Position numbers and translations under genes: made by a program. A DNA stretch of 61,002 nucleotides, the filler included, from Aduncisulcus paluster (taxonomy: Eukaryota), in the NCBI GenBank assembly GCA_024181965.1. It is 3 parts of 3 records of this genome, joined end to end, with 100 filler letters (N's around TTAATTAATTAA, not from the genome) between each part and the next. Parts side by side here need not be neighbours in the genome. Positions count along the whole stretch, not along the records: positions 47,445 to 61,002 come from BQXS01013920.1; 2 more parts are not named here. One strand, written 5' to 3'. Position 1 is the first letter of the stretch. Each line of letters starts with the position of its first letter. Below are positions 57,101-61,002 of the stretch, in pieces. A model generated the notes under the pieces. That model was not told the DNA's origin, searched no databases, and saw nothing but the letters and a program-made list of their open reading frames with translations.

Positions 57101-60100
57101 GACGAAAGATTCTGTTGATATTGTATATTGGAGATTATTTTCAAGACATTCGCTCTCATAGGATTTCACTGTTGCAGCTTCAGAGGTTTGAAGTTCAAGT
57201 GAAGCGGCGAAGGCGCATTTCGTTTGTGCGTCAAGTTTCAAACTCTTCATGACAGGATTGTACTTCTGATGATATGAAGCAGGGAAGAAAGGGAGAAGAC
57301 CTCTAGTTGTTGTTGAGAACGGTGAAGATAGACTTTCAAGTTCAAATGAATTCTTTATCCCAACAAGATACTTATTATGTTGAGAAGTACTTGTAAATGT
57401 GTTGTACAAGGGATAATTGTTTGTAAAACGATCGTTTGAATTGGATATAATATCACTTTTGGGGACCGTTCCAAATTTATCTTGAGAAACATCACTATCA
57501 AGAATTTCAATGACTCCCTGATAAGTTGTATCCACCCATTCCCACCGTCTATGGTGAGATTGTGTCGTATAGAAAGAGGGATCATTAACACAGACCAGAT
57601 TCTGTTCAGCAATGGGATAACTTGTATAATGGGAATAAATTGTACACACGCCAGGAATGGGAATACTAGTGAAGCATGCATATCCAAATCCTTCTACTTG
57701 AGTGGCAAAACATCCATCAAGAATTTCTGCTGCAGTGAGGGACGCAATATACTCGTCGATTGTCAGTTCTCCAGTGTATTCTGGAAGGCTTCCAAGCTCC
57801 AGATCTTCAATATCTGTCCCATTTATGTGGCTTCTCAATCTACTTTCACAACATGAATAACAATACGAAGCATATTTGGACACCATTCTATTTGTTTCAA
57901 CCTCGATAAATGTGTCGAAGGTTGTAAAAAGCGAGGATAGGACAAATGCTATCGTACACACAACCAATAGAACAATAAATACATAAACAAACACACCTGT
58001 ATTCGATTTAAAGTGTTTTCCAATCAAAACTCTCGTTTTCTTCCAGAATAGTGCACGTTTATGTTTTGAAGATATTGATGAGGGGTTTGTTTGAGCATTC
58101 TTTCTTTCCATTTTCTCTTTATCGTTCTCTTTCATGAGAGAAGATAACGATTTAGCAACATATTTATCCCTTTCATCCTTTTCAATCCCCTTTTCCACCG
58201 ATAAAAACATATCTTCGAGCCCAGAGGCATCAACAGACCAATCAAGAATCTTTTTGTCACATTTCCACTTCTCAAGTTCATTAAACATGCACATAAATCC
58301 TGCTGAATCGTGGCACCGAAGTTTAATCAAAGTTCCCTCAGCGGATAGGATCTCTACTCTTTCTTTCTTCGAGTCTCCAGATTTTGAATTAGCTGAAGGT
58401 GAAGAAAGATGGGATGAAGCAGCAAATGAAGAAGCTGGTCTAGAGGAGGAAGATGAAGATGAAGAGGATGCATAAACACGAGAAGAGGATGAAGAGCAGG
58501 AAAGAAGTTGCGAACTTCGATCAATTCTCTTAATTTTACCTCGATCGTACTCGAACGAACATGATTCTGGTGATTTCTGAGGAGTTCCATCATCGGATTC
58601 AATGATCATTTTCATTTGTTCCACTTGTTTGAGAGACTCCTCAAGCATACCTTCATATGTCCAAATATCAATAACCCATGCCAAATGATTAGATAACAAT
58701 TCAGATGGGGTTGTATTGTGAATAACTTTTCCTTTAGAAATGTGGACAACAATATCACAGAGCTCTTCAACTTCAGCCATATCATGTGACGTCAAAATCA
58801 CAGTCTTTTCTTGGGACTTGAGATCTCTGATATGAGGCCACATAGCTTCTCTCTTCGTCTTACAATCGAGACCAGTCGTGCATTCATCGAGAAATATTAT
58901 TATAGGATTACCCACTGTACTCATCGAACACAGCAACCTTCTCTTCATTCCTCCACTCAAATAATCAGCAGGAACATCTCTCTTGTCAAGAATTCCAAAT
59001 ATCTCAAGTTGACGTTCAATTTTCATCTTGATACATGTCTCATTACGTTCATATTCAGGAATCAGGTCTTCTTTCAGTTTCAACATGAAGTTTAAATGTT
59101 GGTATGGGGTTAATTCAGGAAATATAAGTTCGTTTGCTTGTGGTGTCACACCAATATAACGTCGTATCCACCTACTTACCTCTCGATTCACTTGTATTCC
59201 ACACACAAAAATCTCCCCTGTCTCTCTCTTTGCACAGCCTAACAAAGTGTTCAGAGTTGTGGTCTTTCCACTTCCATTGGGACCAATGAGACCCGTGATT
59301 CTTGAGGAAGGCGCCCGCCAAGAAGTACGCTGTAACGCTTGGACATCCTTATATCTAACACTAAGGTTCTCAACAACAAGAGAGCAGTTGGCCATTGGGG
59401 AATATGAAGAATCCGAGTCAGGGGAAGCAATAGATGAAGAGTCTTTAGTATTTTTTTGTTTCTTTTTAGCTCCATCCCATTTCTTATCGTCGGGATCTTT
59501 CTTTTCCTCATCTTTGATACCTCTCCGACGACTTGCCTTCAGTTCATTGAATTTCTCAGCCTCATTTCTTCTAATTCCGGTCGTAGATACCCACCGATCA
59601 ATGAAATATTTATGGAATTTCCTATATAAGATNNNNNNNNNNNNNNNNNNNNTGGCCATTGGGGAATATGAAGAATCCGAGTCAGGGGAAGCAATAGATG
59701 AAGAGTCTTTAGTATTTTTTTGTTTCTTTTTAGCTCCATCCCATTTCTTATCGTCGGGATCTTTCTTTTCCTCATCTTTGATACCTCTCCGACGACTTGC
59801 CTTCAGTTCATTGAATTTCTCAGCCTCATTTCTTCTAATTCCGGTCGTAGATACCCACCGATCAATGAAATATTTATGGAATTTCCTATATAAGATAAAT
59901 GAAGAATAGAATGATGGTTGGACGAAAAACCAAGGAAGCAGAGCAGGTCTTCCGGGGGTTGGTAAAATTAGAAGGAAATATATAGACAGAACAATGTAAA
60001 TACATCCCTGAAGCAACAGATCTGTGATAACTGTGTAAAATGGAGGAATTGTAAACCTTCTGTATTCAGAAGAATCTACAGTTTCACCATTCTGCTCACG

Positions 60101-61002
60101 GTCTGTAATGTCCTTGCTTTGTCTGGCACATACAAATGACTTTGACAAATAATTCAAACAGTCCTCTCCTGTGAAACAGCTGAGAACAACTTCAAAGGTA
60201 TCGATTTCTCCAAAAGCAATTCCAAGATCTCCTGCATCACTGTCTTCGGTATCTTGGGCATCATCGAGAAGCTCCGAGGCATCATACGTGTATGACTCAA
60301 GGTTGGCATCTTGTGCATATTGCTCCGATGTGATTGAAGCTATAGTATGATACAAACTGAACCAAGGGGAAAAGGGGGAAAAATATTTCGCAACAACCTT
60401 GGTCTCAAAATGTAACGATGGATCGAAACCATACCAGGCACCGGTGATTGCCAACGGGATTAGAATTGTAGCGAATAACACAGGAACAATGACACTAATG
60501 ATGATTCCCACTGTACTAGATGGTGAAATTACCGCGAAAAATACCGACAACTGTGAGAGACCAACCGCGAGCGATGACATCAAAATAAGGGAGAATAGAA
60601 CATGAGTGCCTCTGAAAGGAGAGATAGGAGTTATGTATGTACCTGTGATTACAAGAAATATGACACTCAATTCGTAGAGCAAAAAGTAAAACAAACTCCA
60701 TGAAAACCACATAGAAATATCACTCACACCAACCATTCTACATAACAAGGATTTGTTATTATGTTTCTCAACAACAATGATAACAGAACTAAAAATAGTC
60801 ATTATACAGAATGTAAAAATCATTCCAATGACGCTAATATCTTTGTCAGAAGTGAACGTGTTATCATTCACCTCAGGGAAAGCTGAGAGATTGTATTCCA
60901 TATCAACATTAGCAAAAACCTTCAAAAGAGCCCTTTCAACGTGATTTTGAACCTGAATACCCAGTCCTGTTGCATTCTTTCCCTCAGAAGCCACAGATTG
61001 TT
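54185..61002 (-). CDS. ABC transporter subfamily A, full-length (TMD-NBD)x2, 5' end outside the window
   Basis: Walker A GPNGSGKTT and GVNGSGKST; signature LSGGMKRR twice; LDECTTGLD and ADEPTSGLDP; TSHDMAEVE and TTHSLDEAE; large ectodomain; SLEETFL tail. Confidence 0.95.
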   Translation of the reverse strand, partial: QSVASEGKNATGLGIQVQNHVERALLKVFANVDMEYNLSAFPEVNDNTFTSDKDISVIGMIFTFCIMTIFSSVIIVVEKHNNKSLLCRMVGVSDISMWFSWSLFYFLLYELSVIFLVITGTYITPISPFRGTHVLFSLILMSSLAVGLSQLSVFFAVISPSSTVGIIISVIVPVLFATILIPLAITGAWYGFDPSLHFETKVVAKYFSPFSPWFSLYHTIASITSEQYAQDANLESYTYDASELLDDAQDTEDSDAGDLGIAFGEIDTFEVVLSCFTGEDCLNYLSKSFVCARQSKDITDREQNGETVDSSEYRRFTIPPFYTVITDLLLQGCIYIVLSIYFLLILPTPGRPALLPWFFVQPSFYSSFILYRKFHKYFIDRWVSTTGIRRNEAEKFNELKASRRRGIKDEEKKDPDDKKWDGAKKKQKNTKDSSSIASPDSDSSYSPMAXXXXXXXILYRKFHKYFIDRWVSTTGIRRNEAEKFNELKASRRRGIKDEEKKDPDDKKWDGAKKKQKNTKDSSSIASPDSDSSYSPMANCSLVVENLSVRYKDVQALQRTSWRAPSSRITGLIGPNGSGKTTTLNTLLGCAKRETGEIFVCGIQVNREVSRWIRRYIGVTPQANELIFPELTPYQHLNFMLKLKEDLIPEYERNETCIKMKIERQLEIFGILDKRDVPADYLSGGMKRRLLCSMSTVGNPIIIFLDECTTGLDCKTKREAMWPHIRDLKSQEKTVILTSHDMAEVEELCDIVVHISKGKVIHNTTPSELLSNHLAWVIDIWTYEGMLEESLKQVEQMKMIIESDDGTPQKSPESCSFEYDRGKIKRIDRSSQLLSCSSSSSRVYASSSSSSSSSRPASSFAASSHLSSPSANSKSGDSKKERVEILSAEGTLIKLRCHDSAGFMCMFNELEKWKCDKKILDWSVDASGLEDMFLSVEKGIEKDERDKYVAKSLSSLMKENDKEKMERKNAQTNPSSISSKHKRALFWKKTRVLIGKHFKSNTGVFVYVFIVLLVVCTIAFVLSSLFTTFDTFIEVETNRMVSKYASYCYSCCESRLRSHINGTDIEDLELGSLPEYTGELTIDEYIASLTAAEILDGCFATQVEGFGYACFTSIPIPGVCTIYSHYTSYPIAEQNLVCVNDPSFYTTQSHHRRWEWVDTTYQGVIEILDSDVSQDKFGTVPKSDIISNSNDRFTNNYPLYNTFTSTSQHNKYLVGIKNSFELESLSSPFSTTTRGLLPFFPASYHQKYNPVMKSLKLDAQTKCAFAASLELQTSEAATVKSYESECLENNLQYTISTESFVENEQTRLLYRGFTFDMSSSDPSTLHASILEAQMGSDEMVVLERNTPNAFAEFGQYCNALFPMAGISFNDYVSIEDDIIERMILKITQSSSTIEEIGTECVRSLNSIYNSLNNASDETTKAEIRTEFFTEAMTCGLYIYANEVGSSFSYDMHTFLPQVIGPYYNRTVCSLAYHKTEVSSYTSSDWTTRGEVVQTQVLLPTYSYPSYYYEFSDQWSASRLPAMFTTSLNDLVSRFSTMALRSALNERLWLQENDLLSHDNNASIADMIEAYFDNEEDDGKTTTSILDDLLNIIPEGSKIIDMPLPSSLPANEVQIVSASQAFPILVEDPSYDLDYRILFRGLIIPMCFSLLAFYQVYTTVTERANGQIVLLRLHGVKCLEYWLSLVFFNTLISLLTAFLLALSLLILNITDIFVSDSNLVNMASLFFCIFISLQASFTFSFAISIFCDRVKSAIVISFISSLFLQIIAGCSCFFDTQFGGVSISYLLPQFPIVSLFSQFDQVYNAHSNIFEWSLYHHSVQNIIFLSSECVTYLGMSLIFMYIKFSSPSYLSCASIFSRLKRNKQLEKGQRMNSPDFTAPKDLDQLRAPRLGATPSEITHKMRAMANSKKDSKDNAIILGVDRVFYSYENGFQALKNVTFSIDDGHCYCLLGVNGSGKSTCCGTITGQLQVEGGAIYIDGESINDSSESMTGIVSSGIVSICPQHDMLWPKLSCQNHLKLISSLHGSELSEEEMVLLFNLANLQNHRHLPAEALSGGMKRRLSLIMAFSSRPRILIADEPTSGLDPVMKRGVWRILSIGKTFSSVLLTTHSLDEAEALSTDVGVLHRGKMIVSKSPKRLRSDYGREFFLNIMFSKPTKDQHDRDIRDSRLVSTITSILPSRGYYGSDLASVVYVARSKQSILTISVLKSHFVTDVINAPLRKQEEFDIIDVFVTLPSLEETFLSIIHEVDEPKETKKTKTPLASTKKHRKKKAK
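59389..59896. repeat. 244 bp duplication around a 20-N gap (offset 264, in frame); assembly artefact
   Basis: 59389-59632 = 59653-59896; duplicates ILYRKFHK...YSPMA in the ORF. Confidence 0.9.

Noticed and set aside
59389..59896. Internal repeat in the ABCA protein
   Set aside because: Identical nucleotide copies around an N gap; artefact

Overview
This is gene-dense, AT-rich DNA from a flagellated unicellular eukaryote, not a prokaryote. The kinase family and gene style suggest a fornicate metamonad such as Aduncisulcus, which is an inference from memory and not a database result. The window is a pseudo-scaffold of three pieces joined by artificial N44-TTAATTAATTAA-N44 linkers (29749-29848, 47345-47444). 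Six perfect 186-410 bp duplications, most beside 20-N gaps, look like assembly overlap errors and disrupt four genes. Recognisable genes are TMA46/ZC3H15, CLUAP1/IFT38, RNase T2, a CatSper3-like cation channel subunit, an IAH1-like SGNH esterase, a T4 endonuclease V/MSMEG_6728-like protein, a repeat-domain Ser/Thr kinase and an ABCA transporter. There are also a reconstructed ~5,150 aa membrane protein with an Rrp5-type S1 N-terminus and a ~2,210 aa type I surface protein. Five short introns (77-96 nt) all start GTATGT. The most striking result is the CatSper3-like 'sperm channel' subunit, with a fully charged S4 and a Glu-type filter, in a putative metamonad flagellate.
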